In this document: piece by piece, positions 18,967-29,363 of the stretch
Position numbering within the stretch: the first letter of the stretch is position 1
How the letters are laid out: every line of letters begins with the position of its first letter
DNA from: a virus
Lineage: Duplodnaviria; Caudoviricetes
Strand: one strand, 5' to 3'
Length of the DNA stretch: 64,000 nt
IMG/VR virus record: IMGVR_UViG_2802429351_000001
Location: 14,591 to 78,590 of that record
The notes under the pieces: generated by a model
The model's database searches: none
What the model was told of the DNA's origin: nothing
The model's input: the letters and a program-made list of their open reading frames with translations, nothing else
Made by a program: the position numbers and the translations under genes

Positions 18967-20792
18967 TAAATTTCACATATATATTTGGGGAAGGTTTTGG
19001 TAGTATGATAAAACCCTTTAATATAAAAATAGAAAGACCTGGGTTGAACATAATAACCGGTAAAGTTGGTTCAGGTAAAACAACTATACCTTCTGTTATA
19101 AGTTGGACTTTGTTTGGTAAAACCCTAAAAGAAAATTCCAGTGTAAGCACCTGGGAGGAGAAAAGGCCTAAAAACTATAAAGGTACAAAAACGGGGATAA
19201 TATTTTATAAAGACAAAAAACAAATTATTATCATCAGGTGTAAAGATTATAAAGGTAAAATAGAGGTAGATAATAAGAAACTAAAAGGGGGTAATAACAT
19301 ATTTATCTTTATCGATGGTAAACACTACACTAAAGCCCGTAATAAATCCGATAAGAAAGAATTTATTGAAAAACTATTAGGGTACTCCTTTGATCTATTT
19401 AAAACCTCTATAGTTTTTGGGCAGAAAATGAAAAAAATAATAGAGGAAACTGGCCCACATAAAAAGAAAGTATTCGAAGAAGCCTTTGAAGTTGATTTTG
19501 TAGAGATAGCTAAAACAAATACAGAAAACCAATTATCAAAATTAACCGAGGCTCTAACAGATTATGAGTATGATAAAGAATCTAAAGAGGATAAAATAGA
19601 GGAGCTAAGGATATTTTACTCAGAAGCCAAAAAAGATGAGGCTAATTTTGAAAAGGATAAGAAAGAATCCTTAAAAGAAATAGACAATGATATTAAAGAA
19701 TTGAATGAAGAGTTGATATCGCTTAATAAAACCCAGGCTTCTTTAGTTGATATAAAACCTTTAGAGAAAAAATTGGATAAACTAAAAACCCAGTACGAAA
19801 AAGAAAATGATAAATGGTTATTACATGAGGACCTAGAATCATCAATAGAAACCATAGAAGAACATGATATTAAGAAATTAAAAAAGAAATATAAAAAAGA
19901 TAAAGTAAATTATTGTAATGAGTGTGGGGGAAAACTTAGTGATAAAGATACTAAGTTGTATAATAAGAATCTTGACTTAGAGATAAGGGAATTAGTTAAA
20001 AAATCTGCTGAATTAAAAAAAGAGTTAGGAACCCTACAAACCAAGGATACAACTAAACTGAAAAAGGATATTAAGAAATTAAAAACAAAAATATCCAAAA
20101 AGGAAAATAAAAACGCACGAGCAAAGGGTGTTTTAAAACGACTTCCGAAAGTAAAAGAGAAAATATCGGATTTAACTAAGCGTAGGGAAAAACTTAGTAA
20201 TAAAAAGCTTAAAATTAAAAGTACTAAGTATAAATCTAAAATAGATAAACTAGAGAAAAAGATAACGGGCCTAAATAAGAACATTAGGAAACTTGAGAAG
20301 GAGATAGAAATACAAAAATGGTTAATCAAGGACCCTTTATCTAATAATGGTTTAAAAGCCTATATGTTTAACAGCTTACTTACCAAGGTTAATGATAAGC
20401 TTATAGATTATAGTAGAATATTAGGTTTTCAGGTTGAGTTTGGTATAGATCTAAGCACTGCACGTAAGGATTTCTATCAGGCCGTTTTATTTGAAGATGT
20501 GGTAACACCTTATGAAGATCTATCTGGTGGTCAAAAACAATTAGTTGATACTTCTGTGGCATTCGCTATACATGATGTAATAAGTGAGATAAGGCCTACC
20601 AACCTATTATTTTTAGATGAACCATTTGAAAGCTTGGGTGTTGATGAAATAGAAATTATAGAAGAACTAGTAGAAGAAAAAGCCAAAAATAAATCCCTAT
20701 ACTTAATAACACACCAGCAAGGGTTTAGTCCAAGGAATGCCAACAAGATACATGTTAAAAGGAATAATAAGGGACAAACTATTTTGTCTTAA
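18963..20792 (+). CDS. sbcC: SbcC/Rad50-like ATPase (gp46-like)
   Basis: GKVGSGKTT, coiled coil with CNEC zinc hook, LSGGQ signature, FLDEPF. Confidence 0.9.
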   Translation: MINFTYIFGEGFGSMIKPFNIKIERPGLNIITGKVGSGKTTIPSVISWTLFGKTLKENSSVSTWEEKRPKNYKGTKTGIIFYKDKKQIIIIRCKDYKGKIEVDNKKLKGGNNIFIFIDGKHYTKARNKSDKKEFIEKLLGYSFDLFKTSIVFGQKMKKIIEETGPHKKKVFEEAFEVDFVEIAKTNTENQLSKLTEALTDYEYDKESKEDKIEELRIFYSEAKKDEANFEKDKKESLKEIDNDIKELNEELISLNKTQASLVDIKPLEKKLDKLKTQYEKENDKWLLHEDLESSIETIEEHDIKKLKKKYKKDKVNYCNECGGKLSDKDTKLYNKNLDLEIRELVKKSAELKKELGTLQTKDTTKLKKDIKKLKTKISKKENKNARAKGVLKRLPKVKEKISDLTKRREKLSNKKLKIKSTKYKSKIDKLEKKITGLNKNIRKLEKEIEIQKWLIKDPLSNNGLKAYMFNSLLTKVNDKLIDYSRILGFQVEFGIDLSTARKDFYQAVLFEDVVTPYEDLSGGQKQLVDTSVAFAIHDVISEIRPTNLLFLDEPFESLGVDEIEIIEELVEEKAKNKSLYLITHQQGFSPRNANKIHVKRNNKGQTILS

Positions 20793-20844
20793 GGCCCTGC
20801 TTTTCTAGTCTTATATATACTATTCATAATAAAGATCAAACAAG

Positions 20845-21384
20845 ATGGCAAATTCAAAGGGAAAAGGAAGTAAAAACGAAAGAGAACTATGTAAGTGGTG
20901 GGAGGGATGGTCGGGCCTAGAGTTTAATAGAGTACCGGCTTCTGGGGGGCTTCGGTGGAAAAAAACAGATAATATTAGTTCAGATATAATTTGTACAGAT
21001 GATAGATATTCTAGAAGGTTTCCTTTTAGTATAGAAACTAAATTCTATAAAGATATAAACTTTGAACACCTTATACTGGGCAATAAGAAACAAAGAATCA
21101 TAGAATTTTGGGAGCAAGTTATAGAAGATGCAGATAGAGCTAATAAAATACCTTTATTATTCATGCGGTATAATGGGATGCCCAAAAAAACTTGGTTTGT
21201 AGCTTTAGAAAATATAATATATAATAAAGCTAAAAAATGTGGTTTAGTAAAAACCGATAAGGCTATATTTAAGGTTGAGACTGGGGAATACAAATTCATT
21301 ATTATCAATTCGAATGATTTATTAAACATAGATTTTAAAAAATTTTCAATAACCTGCAAAAAATACAGAAGAAAATGGGATTAA
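20845..21384 (+). CDS. Holliday junction resolvase (PD-(D/E)xK)
   Basis: KGKGSKNEREL, SGG, DII...SIETK, IPLLFMR. Confidence 0.75.
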   Translation: MANSKGKGSKNERELCKWWEGWSGLEFNRVPASGGLRWKKTDNISSDIICTDDRYSRRFPFSIETKFYKDINFEHLILGNKKQRIIEFWEQVIEDADRANKIPLLFMRYNGMPKKTWFVALENIIYNKAKKCGLVKTDKAIFKVETGEYKFIIINSNDLLNIDFKKFSITCKKYRRKWD

Positions 21385-22094
21385 AAACTGACCACATATG
21401 GGTGATTGCTTATATCAATAGAAATCATATACCTTTAGTGAAAGATGAACTAAGCATATGGGAATATGATAATGTAGAGGCCTACATACCTACTATAAAA
21501 CTTTTAAAGAAAAAATTTAAAGGTAAGGATATGTTTGAAATGGTGCCTTTATTATTTAACTACGGTTTTTTCAAAATGCCTTATGAAAAAGCCTGTGATC
21601 CTTCATTCTTAATGACACTTAGGCATAGGATAACATGTATATATGGTTGGGTAAAAGATCCTGCTAAAGCTACCAAGGAAGTGGATCTTAGTTTAGACAA
21701 TGGCATAATTAGAAATGCTTTACCTAAAGCAGCAATGGCTACTGATGAAGAAGTAGCAAAAATGACCCAGGTATCTAAGGAATTATCAATCTATGACCAG
21801 GATAACATTGATAAATTAAAAGAAGGGGATTATATAAAACTTGAAGGTTATCCTTTTGAAGGTATGATGGCCCAGATTATAGATATAAATCCCCGTAACC
21901 ATAAAGTAAAAGTAAAACTACACTTAGAGGAGATAGTTAAAGAGGTAACTGTATCATTTGAAAATGTTTTTTATACCATATATAAAAACTTTAATGAAAA
22001 TACCCGGGAAAAAAGTACTGATGAAATGATAGAAAAACATGGTAGTAATATATTCGATAGTATTACTTTTAAAAACAATCAATATGAACAGTAG
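21375..22094 (+). CDS. nusG: NusG-family (NGN+KOW) transcription elongation/antitermination factor
   Basis: NGN-like AYIPT...VPLLFNYGFF and KOW-like KEGDYIKLEGYPFEGMMAQIIDIN...VKVKL...VTVSFENV. Confidence 0.8.
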   Translation: MGLKTDHIWVIAYINRNHIPLVKDELSIWEYDNVEAYIPTIKLLKKKFKGKDMFEMVPLLFNYGFFKMPYEKACDPSFLMTLRHRITCIYGWVKDPAKATKEVDLSLDNGIIRNALPKAAMATDEEVAKMTQVSKELSIYDQDNIDKLKEGDYIKLEGYPFEGMMAQIIDINPRNHKVKVKLHLEEIVKEVTVSFENVFYTIYKNFNENTREKSTDEMIEKHGSNIFDSITFKNNQYEQ

Positions 22095-23091
22095 AGCATG
22101 GGATATACTAACACCAGAAGAAAAATCAGCTTTAAGCCTTTCAACTAATTATGGTAAAAGTAGTTGGGAGGCAGGGGAAATACTAAATAAACCCCATTAT
22201 AAATATTTGGAGATACAGGCCAGGGCTAAAACCTTCTTCAAGATATTTACTATCTATTTTGAAAAAACACAAGGTAATATAATCCCTATAAATTCTGACA
22301 TGACTTGGGATTTACAAGAATTTATTTTATGCACTATACAGAATAGAAAAGGTTATAGAGAAACATTGAAAATAATAGGTAAAGAAAGCCCTTTATCACA
22401 TAAGAAAGCATCACAAAGATTATTAGCTTTAGAAAAACACTTAGATTTCCTAGAAAATCACCCTGATCGTATACATAGGGATTTACATGATCTCATTAAG
22501 GAATTTGACAGGTGGAATAATTTTAGGATATTACCCCCAGAACTCCAGGAACCTTCAGCTTTCAAAAGGCGTAATAAAACCAGGTTATTAAAACATCTTA
22601 AAAATCTTAAAGAGCTTAATCCCTTTGATATAGATAGGTTGATGTTTAAATTTTCTGCTAAAGATAAGTACAAAGGTAGAAAACTATACTTACCATTGGT
22701 ATCAGATAATTTCCCAGATGGATATCAAGTAATAATAATAAAAGGTACATCTAAAATTGTTAATTATATTTCAGTTAACCTTAACCTCTACATTTTCAAA
22801 GACAAATTAGAAGCGGATGACTATGGGTTTCTAGTGGAAGACTATCTTAATAAAGGAAAGAAAAATTGTAAACAAGGTCAAAAGTTTTGGCCACAATTCC
22901 GGTTAAAGGTAGGTAAAGCCTATAATTATGCCCAAGTTAATAATATAATACCTAGAAGGGTAAACCTAGAAACAGCTTTCCGGGATTTAGATAAGTTAAC
23001 AGTAAATAAGATCAAAACCAAAGAAGCCAATGGTATAAATATAGGAGACCCACAGAAATCTGCTAAACAGAGTAAATTCTGGGAAATATAG
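22084..23091 (+). CDS. Protein with N-terminal sigma-region-4-like HTH (probable start 22084, not 22039)
   Basis: LTPEEKSALSLS...GKSSWEAGEILNKPHYKYLEIQARAK resembles a sigma70 r4/LuxR-type HTH. Confidence 0.5.
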   Translation: MNSRAWDILTPEEKSALSLSTNYGKSSWEAGEILNKPHYKYLEIQARAKTFFKIFTIYFEKTQGNIIPINSDMTWDLQEFILCTIQNRKGYRETLKIIGKESPLSHKKASQRLLALEKHLDFLENHPDRIHRDLHDLIKEFDRWNNFRILPPELQEPSAFKRRNKTRLLKHLKNLKELNPFDIDRLMFKFSAKDKYKGRKLYLPLVSDNFPDGYQVIIIKGTSKIVNYISVNLNLYIFKDKLEADDYGFLVEDYLNKGKKNCKQGQKFWPQFRLKVGKAYNYAQVNNIIPRRVNLETAFRDLDKLTVNKIKTKEANGINIGDPQKSAKQSKFWEI

Positions 23092-23115
23092 GTGTTCTAT
23101 TTATTTTTATATTTG
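23091..23115 (+). promoter_or_regulatory. GGTG-N13-TATATTTG promoter (copy 1)
   Basis: GGTG ttctatttatttt TATATTTG before 23144. Confidence 0.8.
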
Positions 23116-23143
23116 AACAAATAAATAAAAATACATATTAAAT

Positions 23144-23665
23144 ATGAAAACTAAAAAAAGAAAGGTTAATAATTATGAACAGGTTATGAAGCAGGCTTCG
23201 CACATGACTTTGAATGATTTAAAAAGACACTGTATATCAAGGGGGATGGATTTTCAAGAACTTATTGATGGTACTGTTATATCTTTACAAAATTGGTATC
23301 ATAGAAATTCCAATAATGATATAGATCTTTCTAGGATAGCTAAATTTGATGATTGGTTAGAAAAAATATTAAGGGATAGGGGTAAAGAAGAATTAATCCA
23401 CCCTCAATTACGCTTAAGCTATATAAGTGAAAATCAGAGTGATGATAAACCTAAAAAGGAAAAACCTAAAAAAGAAAAGAAAAAACCCCGGGAAAAAAAC
23501 AAACATGGTATATTCAAAGGCACTAAAAAAGCTTATACCTTTGAATTACAACAAAAGGGTAAAACCCTAACACAGGTCATTAAGAAGGTAACTAGAAAGT
23601 TTCCAGATGCTTCAGATAAATCTATTAAAATCTGGTATAAAAAAGCGGCTAGACTTAATGGGTAG
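23144..23665 (+). CDS. Basic hypothetical protein
   Basis: Lys-rich linker; HTH-like C-terminus. Confidence 0.65.
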   Translation: MKTKKRKVNNYEQVMKQASHMTLNDLKRHCISRGMDFQELIDGTVISLQNWYHRNSNNDIDLSRIAKFDDWLEKILRDRGKEELIHPQLRLSYISENQSDDKPKKEKPKKEKKKPREKNKHGIFKGTKKAYTFELQQKGKTLTQVIKKVTRKFPDASDKSIKIWYKKAARLNG

Positions 23666-24014
23666 TATTAAAAAAGATAGGTGGTATATAGTTGACCTAA
23701 GGAATAAAACCCAAGATAAAAAAAGCTATTGGTTATTAAGGGTTAACTTTAGAACCAAAGAAGAGGCAAGGAAAGTACTGAATAAAAATTTAGGTGATAA
23801 AATATTATTCTTTGATATAGTTAAAGGTGTTACAGCTATAGAGTTTGGTTTTAGGTATCCTAAAAATACCAAAGGCCCATCATACCTGGGTTATCTTAGG
23901 AAATATGATTATCCACCTGAACTTGAAACCATACAACAAAGAAAATCATATCGTACAAAATTCAGAAGATGGAAAAGGAATTACAAAGAAGAATTAAAAA
24001 GAAGTTGGGTATGA
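23658..24014 (+). CDS. Hypothetical protein with KYDYP...RKxYR motif (probable start 23658)
   Basis: ATG overlaps the upstream gene end; motif shared with 27890 and 32541. Confidence 0.6.
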   Translation: MGSIKKDRWYIVDLRNKTQDKKSYWLLRVNFRTKEEARKVLNKNLGDKILFFDIVKGVTAIEFGFRYPKNTKGPSYLGYLRKYDYPPELETIQQRKSYRTKFRRWKRNYKEELKRSWV

Positions 24015-24182
24015 AATTAGGTTTTATCATATTTTGGACATTAATAGCCTTATTCCTAATATTTTCACCCGTTTTACTATTGGAAGATGATTCTAAGATA
24101 GATGAGCTATGTATAATTGTAGGCATCTATATCTTAGTTATATTACTTGAATATACTATCAAAATATTGAAAAAGTAATCAT

Positions 24183-24959
24183 ATGGCTAGGAAAAAAAGA
24201 AACCGTAAAAAAAGGGATAAAAAACCTGGTTTATCAAAAGAATTTAGAAAAGAGATAGGTTTAAAACGTAAGAAAAATAAAAAGATAATTGACCCACCTA
24301 TCACCGAGTTACCTAAAGATAGGGAATATATTGAAGCTGAGAAAGAACAAGTAATTGAGGATATATTTGAAGGTAACCTTAATAGATTTATGAGAAAGTA
24401 TTATAGGGTATCAGAAAGGAACCTTATGACATTTTCTAAAGTAGTACCTAAATTACAAAAAGAAAGATCATCAAAAAGGGCTATAAGATGGTTATATAAA
24501 AAATGTAGGTGGCCAAGACACAGGCAAGAAATAATAAATATTCTATTAACCTTGGATAAATATTATGATGTAGAGTTTAGTAGGCCCAATATGGAGGTAG
24601 CTTTTGAGATATGGGAATTATTTTCAGATTACGAATTTTCTACATTTTTTAATAAAGCCTATGGTAAAACACTTGATAAAAAAGGTTTTGCTGGTATAAA
24701 AAGATTAAATAGTAAACAGGCTTTAAAAGAACAAAAAGCTATTGGTTACGTAAAAATAAAGAAATTTGAAGAACTAGATAAAAATTTTGCTCATGTGTAT
24801 TCCAATATAAAAGAGAATTTTATATACCCCTTTAATTTTTACCATGGTTTATATAAAGGGCCTAAAAAACATGAGCAAGTACAAATATATATTGGGCACC
24901 GATTATGTAATGGTTTTCGTAGTGGGTTCTCAAGAGTTGATACTGGAATTAAAATGTAA
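24183..24959 (+). CDS. Basic hypothetical protein (258 aa)
   Basis: Long ORF tiled in the + strand operon. Confidence 0.65.
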   Translation: MARKKRNRKKRDKKPGLSKEFRKEIGLKRKKNKKIIDPPITELPKDREYIEAEKEQVIEDIFEGNLNRFMRKYYRVSERNLMTFSKVVPKLQKERSSKRAIRWLYKKCRWPRHRQEIINILLTLDKYYDVEFSRPNMEVAFEIWELFSDYEFSTFFNKAYGKTLDKKGFAGIKRLNSKQALKEQKAIGYVKIKKFEELDKNFAHVYSNIKENFIYPFNFYHGLYKGPKKHEQVQIYIGHRLCNGFRSGFSRVDTGIKM

Positions 24960-24990
24960 TACTATTACACATTAACCAAATAATATTAAG

Positions 24991-25257
24991 ATGGCGATAA
25001 AAAGAGAGGTAGTAATAAGAACTTTAAAAATACCTATAGAAAGAAAAGGTGATAAGGTAATTGAAAAAAACGTAGATTCTAAGGAGATTGAGAAATTGGG
25101 TGAAGAACCAAGGACCTTGGAAAATTCGATAGTTGATTTACCTGAGTTAACCCGGGAAATAAAAAACTTTAACCAAAGACAATTCAAGTATGCGGAAGAT
25201 GATTCTAGCATGGACTATATCTTAAAGAAAATAATTAGTAGTAAAAGTAAATCATAA
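24991..25257 (+). CDS. Hypothetical protein
   Basis: Tiled + strand ORF preceded by TACTATT. Confidence 0.55.
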   Translation: MAIKREVVIRTLKIPIERKGDKVIEKNVDSKEIEKLGEEPRTLENSIVDLPELTREIKNFNQRQFKYAEDDSSMDYILKKIISSKSKS

Positions 25258-25277
25258 ATTCTATAAATAAATTAATT

Positions 25278-25754
25278 ATGACAAAGTTAAAAGGAAAAGA
25301 AATAGTAGACAGTTACAACCTAGGAGGTGGAATGGTACTTATTAAATTTGCCGATGGGACATTCATTACTGTATATTCTGTATCAGATGTTTTAGAACCT
25401 TCTCAATTTGGTTTTGATGAGGAAGCCACAGAAGAGGAGGATGAAGATCCCGATGAAGAGGAGGAAGAAGAAGACGAAGACCCCGAAGAGGAAGAAGAAG
25501 AAGATGAGGATGAAGACCCCGAAGAGGAAGAAGAAGAAGATGAGGATGATGAATTAACCGCTGAAGATCTTAAGGAAATGGACTTCGATGATCTAGAGGA
25601 TGTGGTTGATGACAATGAACTCGATATAGAGGTGGATGAATATGAAGATGATGAGGAATCCCTACGATACGAAGTAGCAAAAGCCCTAGGTATCAAATTA
25701 CCAAAACCTAAAAAATCCAAAGGTAAAGGTAAGAAAAAAGGTAAAAAGAAATAA
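25278..25754 (+). CDS. Highly acidic protein with tandem DEDPEEEEEE repeats and basic tail
   Basis: Three acidic repeats and a Lys-rich C-terminus. Confidence 0.7.
   Translation: MTKLKGKEIVDSYNLGGGMVLIKFADGTFITVYSVSDVLEPSQFGFDEEATEEEDEDPDEEEEEEDEDPEEEEEEDEDEDPEEEEEEDEDDELTAEDLKEMDFDDLEDVVDDNELDIEVDEYEDDEESLRYEVAKALGIKLPKPKKSKGKGKKKGKKK
25476..25547 (+). repeat. Exact 36-nt tandem duplication within the acidic ORF
   Basis: GAAGACCCCGAAGAGGAAGAAGAAGAAGATGAGGAT twice, plus a degenerate upstream copy. Confidence 0.85.
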
Positions 25755-25762
25755 ACCCGGTA

Positions 25763-25790
25763 GCCCCCTTTAATTAGGGGGTTCATTTTA
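25763..25790 (+). terminator. Intrinsic terminator
   Basis: CCCCCT-TTAATT-AGGGGG followed by TTCATTTT. Confidence 0.6.
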
Positions 25791-25835
25791 TTTAACAAGT
25801 AAATTTTTAATAATCATTTTTTAATAAATTTTATT

Positions 25836-26159
25836 ATGGCAAAAGCAAAAGCAGCCGCTAAGACGACTAAGAAAAAAGAAAAGAAAGAATCTTTTCTAAA
25901 AGATAACTATGAAGCAGTTATCAATGATTACAATGGTATCAGAACAGATGTTATGCATATCCGAGGCTACGGATGTATAGTAAGGGATGTTAACAAGGAA
26001 ACTGGGGCTATGACATCCGTATTTGTACCTGGGGTAAAACCTAAGAAGAAAAAGGATTACAGATACCTTATCGTAGACAAAGGGCCTAAACCTAAAAAAG
26101 ATAAAGGAACTAAGGCTGCCAAAAGTAAAAAATCTAAAACAGAATCCAGTGAAGATTAA
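25836..26159 (+). CDS. Lys/Ala-rich basic protein
   Basis: Histone-like termini around a small globular core. Confidence 0.65.
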   Translation: MAKAKAAAKTTKKKEKKESFLKDNYEAVINDYNGIRTDVMHIRGYGCIVRDVNKETGAMTSVFVPGVKPKKKKDYRYLIVDKGPKPKKDKGTKAAKSKKSKTESSED

Positions 26160-26304
26160 TCTGGATAATTATAAAGATTCTGAAAAGGCTGGTAAAATTA
26201 TCAGCCTTTTTTCTGAGCTTAGTCCCGAGGACCAATCAAGGTTAAAGGGGGATTTGGTGGCAAACTCTAGGTTAGGTGGTAATGATATGACCATAAGCAC
26301 ATGA
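26149..26304 (+). CDS. Unannotated 51-aa ORF (GTG start)
   Basis: Open frame (M)KINLDNYKDSEKAGKIISLF...; overlaps both neighbours, its TGA overlapping the ATG at 26301. Confidence 0.45.
   Translation: MKINLDNYKDSEKAGKIISLFSELSPEDQSRLKGDLVANSRLGGNDMTIST
26183..26212 (+). terminator. Intrinsic terminator-like hairpin
   Basis: AAAAGGCTG-N10-CAGCCTTTT-TT. Confidence 0.65.
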
Positions 26305-27258
26305 GATTAGATATAGAAGATAAGGATGAATTGGTAGTCTTAGAGGCATCACTATTAAAAATGGTAGATGAGATAATAGTTTCTAAGACTACCATTGAAG
26401 TCCTTATAGAGAATAATGGTAAAGAAGGTTATCCCCCTTATAATAAAGATGACCTAGAAATTTTGGATCAAGAACTAAAAGATGCCAAGAAAACTACTAT
26501 CTATTTAAAAGGCCTTATAGAAAAGGTCAATATTTTAAAGAAGGTAAATGGATAAGAAATTTTACATAAGGTATAGGATTTATTCTCAGAAAGCAGAAAA
26601 CGCGGATAGAAATTATCCTAAAAGATTATGTAAAAGTTTAACTAGACTACACCAGAATATAAAAGATGATAATCTTTTTTGGGAAAGAGAGTTCTCTAAA
26701 GAAAAACTTTATATCAGAACTTTTATACCCAAAAATCTGGAACACATTAATTGCCAATACTATAAACTAATAAAATATATCACCCAATACTTCGGGTGTT
26801 ATGCGATATGGCAAACCAAACTTATACCCGGGGCTATTAAACCTATAAATACTTTTGCTATTTCAGGTTATGGCCAAGACTTCTTACTAGCTTATCACTA
26901 CACTACAAAGATAATAGATAACCTTAATGATATGAGGTTCAATATGACTGCTGAGTTTCGTAGGTTAAAAATAAATAAAAGGAGAAGGGGAGAAAGCACC
27001 ATACATGATGAGAACTCCCAAATTAAATCAAGTACATTTTTCTATGAAAGCCTAAAGGAAATAGAAAAAGTATTACTAGAAAACCTAGAGCAAAGGCCTA
27101 CTTATGTAGCTGTAAGACTGAAAGAAGTATATACTGAGAAATATCTAAGAAGGTTAAGAGTATTACATTTTAGGCAGTATAACTATAAAGGTTTGCCTAA
27201 AATAGAAAATGCTTTTTCCCGGGAAAATAAATTCCAAAATCGCAGGATAATCAGGTGA
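26301..27258 (+). other. Two hypothetical CDSs (26301..26555, 26548..27258)
   Basis: Overlapping tiled + strand ORFs; no motif recognised. Confidence 0.6.
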
Positions 27259-27278
27259 TCTTTTATATTTTATATTTG
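27254..27278 (+). promoter_or_regulatory. GGTG-N13-TATATTTG promoter (copy 2)
   Basis: Exact spacing; precedes the ORF at 27300. Confidence 0.8.
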
Positions 27279-27299
27279 TATCAAATAATTAATTAAAAT

Positions 27300-27470
27300 A
27301 TGAAAATAAAATCAATAACTACCTATGTAGAAGATTCTAGCGATAATGAAGATCATGATACAACCGTTAATAATTTTATAACTAGTGTAATACCTATAAA
27401 ATTAACACATAAAGCTTTTGCCCAAGGTTGTATGGTTTTAACCACTATAATAGAATATAACGAGATATGA
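27300..27470 (+). CDS. Unannotated 56-aa ORF, paralog of 44180..44371
   Basis: MKIKSITTYVEDSSDNEDHDTTVNNFITSVIP...LTTIIEY; downstream of a promoter. Confidence 0.6.
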   Translation: MKIKSITTYVEDSSDNEDHDTTVNNFITSVIPIKLTHKAFAQGCMVLTTIIEYNEI

Positions 27471-27838
27471 AAAATCTAAAATTCCATTTTGATAAAATAG
27501 ACTTCAGTGTTCAGGCTTTAGAAAATCTAAATAATGAATACCAAGGTAAAAAAACGGGAGAAGTTTACACTAAAAGGTTTCATTACCTACATGGTAAAAT
27601 CAAATATCACACTAATAAGATTTTAAACTATGGTAAGGGTTTAATAGATAAATGGGATATTAAAACCGTAGATGATAAAAATATTATCCACCAATATTCT
27701 ATTTATTTACCCCATGAATTAACCATTGACCAGGTAACAAGGCTGGTAATGATCAAAACAGGACATTCATATGTCTATCAAATTACTATAGGCGATACCA
27801 TTGAAACCGGAAGTTTAATTAAAAACTCGAGTTCCTAA
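27467..27838 (+). CDS. Hypothetical protein
   Basis: Coupled to the 27300 ORF. Confidence 0.6.
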   Translation: MKNLKFHFDKIDFSVQALENLNNEYQGKKTGEVYTKRFHYLHGKIKYHTNKILNYGKGLIDKWDIKTVDDKNIIHQYSIYLPHELTIDQVTRLVMIKTGHSYVYQITIGDTIETGSLIKNSSS

Positions 27839-27889
27839 GAATTAGGTACTATATATAAATCACTAAGTATAATTAAAATCGCTAAAATT

Positions 27890-28435
27890 ATGGCAACAAA
27901 AATTAAAACCCTTGATGAGGCTAAAGAAGCCGTTAAAACTGAGAAAGGTAATGTGAAAGAAGCTAAAAAGGCTTTAACAGATTACTATAAAGAAAACAAA
28001 TTAAAGAAAACAGGAGATTATTCCGGGGACAAAAAACATTCTAAAAAAATAGCTAAATTGGAAAAAGAGGTAGAAAAAGCTTCAACCAATTTAACCAAGG
28101 CACAGGAAGCAGTTAAAGAACTTAAGCCGGCAGCCAGCAGTCGAACCAAATACGATTACCCGGATGATGTTGATACCCCGGAAAAACGTAAGAAGTATCG
28201 ACAAAAAATGAGAGCCGAAGCCAATGGTGATAAACCAAAGAAAAAGAAAGCTTCAAAGGCTAAAGCCAAAAAAGAGGAAAGTCCAGAAGATACCGGATCA
28301 AATAAAAAATCTTCTACTAAAAAGACCTCCTCTAAAAAGAAGCCGGCTAAGAAAAAGGTAACAAAGAAAAAAGTTACCAAAAAGAAAACCACTAAAGCTA
28401 AGGGTAAAAAGAAATCCACCCCCAAGGATGACTAA
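27890..28435 (+). CDS. Histone-like basic protein with KYDYP motif
   Basis: KKVTKKK-type repeats; KYDYPDDVDTPEKRKKYRQKMR. Confidence 0.7.
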   Translation: MATKIKTLDEAKEAVKTEKGNVKEAKKALTDYYKENKLKKTGDYSGDKKHSKKIAKLEKEVEKASTNLTKAQEAVKELKPAASSRTKYDYPDDVDTPEKRKKYRQKMRAEANGDKPKKKKASKAKAKKEESPEDTGSNKKSSTKKTSSKKKPAKKKVTKKKVTKKKTTKAKGKKKSTPKDD

Positions 28436-28471
28436 TTACCCCTAACTGGTGGGATACTTTAACTAACCTGT

Positions 28472-28505
28472 AAAGGGCATATCTTTAAATAGTATGCCCT
28501 TTTTC
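28472..28505 (+). terminator. Intrinsic terminator
   Basis: AAAGGGCATA...TATGCCCTTT-TTC. Confidence 0.75.
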
Positions 28506-28524
28506 AATTTTAATACTTTTCAAG

Positions 28525-29350
28525 ATGGCTAAACAAGAGAAACATAAAAAAATATTTGGACTAAATAAATTACCCGCTAAGGGTTATATCAAAGCCCTGG
28601 AAGAACAGGTAAAGGAACTCAAGGTAGAAAGGGGTAAGGACCAATCATACATTGAAGAGTTAGAGGATAGGTTAAGGGTTATAAAAGAATTAACGCCTGA
28701 AGAACTAGAGTGTATTAAGAAAAATAATGAAGTGATTCGATTAAGAAGTATAAAGAATAAACTAGAAAAGGACCTAAAGAAGTCCAGGGACGAATATAAA
28801 GAATTATTAACTAAACATATACAACTTAAATTAAAATACGATGAAGAAACATCAAAATAGGTCAGCAAACCGTAGAAACCAAAGAAAAGCAAATGCTTTC
28901 AATAAAAAATTAAATTCTGGGTTCATTAAATTAACCGAGGAATTTGCATCAAAGTACTTTGAAATTGCTATGGATACAGATATCCCAAAACAAGAAAAAG
29001 AGGATAAATACTTTGTAGAGCTTTTTAATAATTTTGATAAAAGATGGAGATATTATGTAAGATACCTTTTACATAATAATCGTAAGGATATAACCCTAGA
29101 AGTTGATAAAAGACAATCAGTCTTAAATAGTTTTAATGAATTTGCTTTAGAGTATATGGAGAAAACCGAAAAAAGAGATACTCCAGAAAATGTTATAGAA
29201 AGATATGGCATAGAAAAGGTATCACTTGTACTTAATTCAATGGGTGTAAATACCCAGGCTAAAACCAAAGCAGGTTTACAAAAAAGAGTTGATGCTTTAA
29301 AACCCGATGATGTGACGGTTCTAATAAAGGGTTTACATGGTGAATTTTAA
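28525..29350 (+). other. Two hypothetical CDSs (28525..28860 coiled coil; 28841..29350)
   Basis: Tiled + strand ORFs. Confidence 0.6.
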
Positions 29351-29363
29351 TTTATTATATTTG
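29339..29363 (+). promoter_or_regulatory. GGTG-N13-TATATTTG promoter (copy 3)
   Basis: Exact spacing; precedes 29386. Confidence 0.8.
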
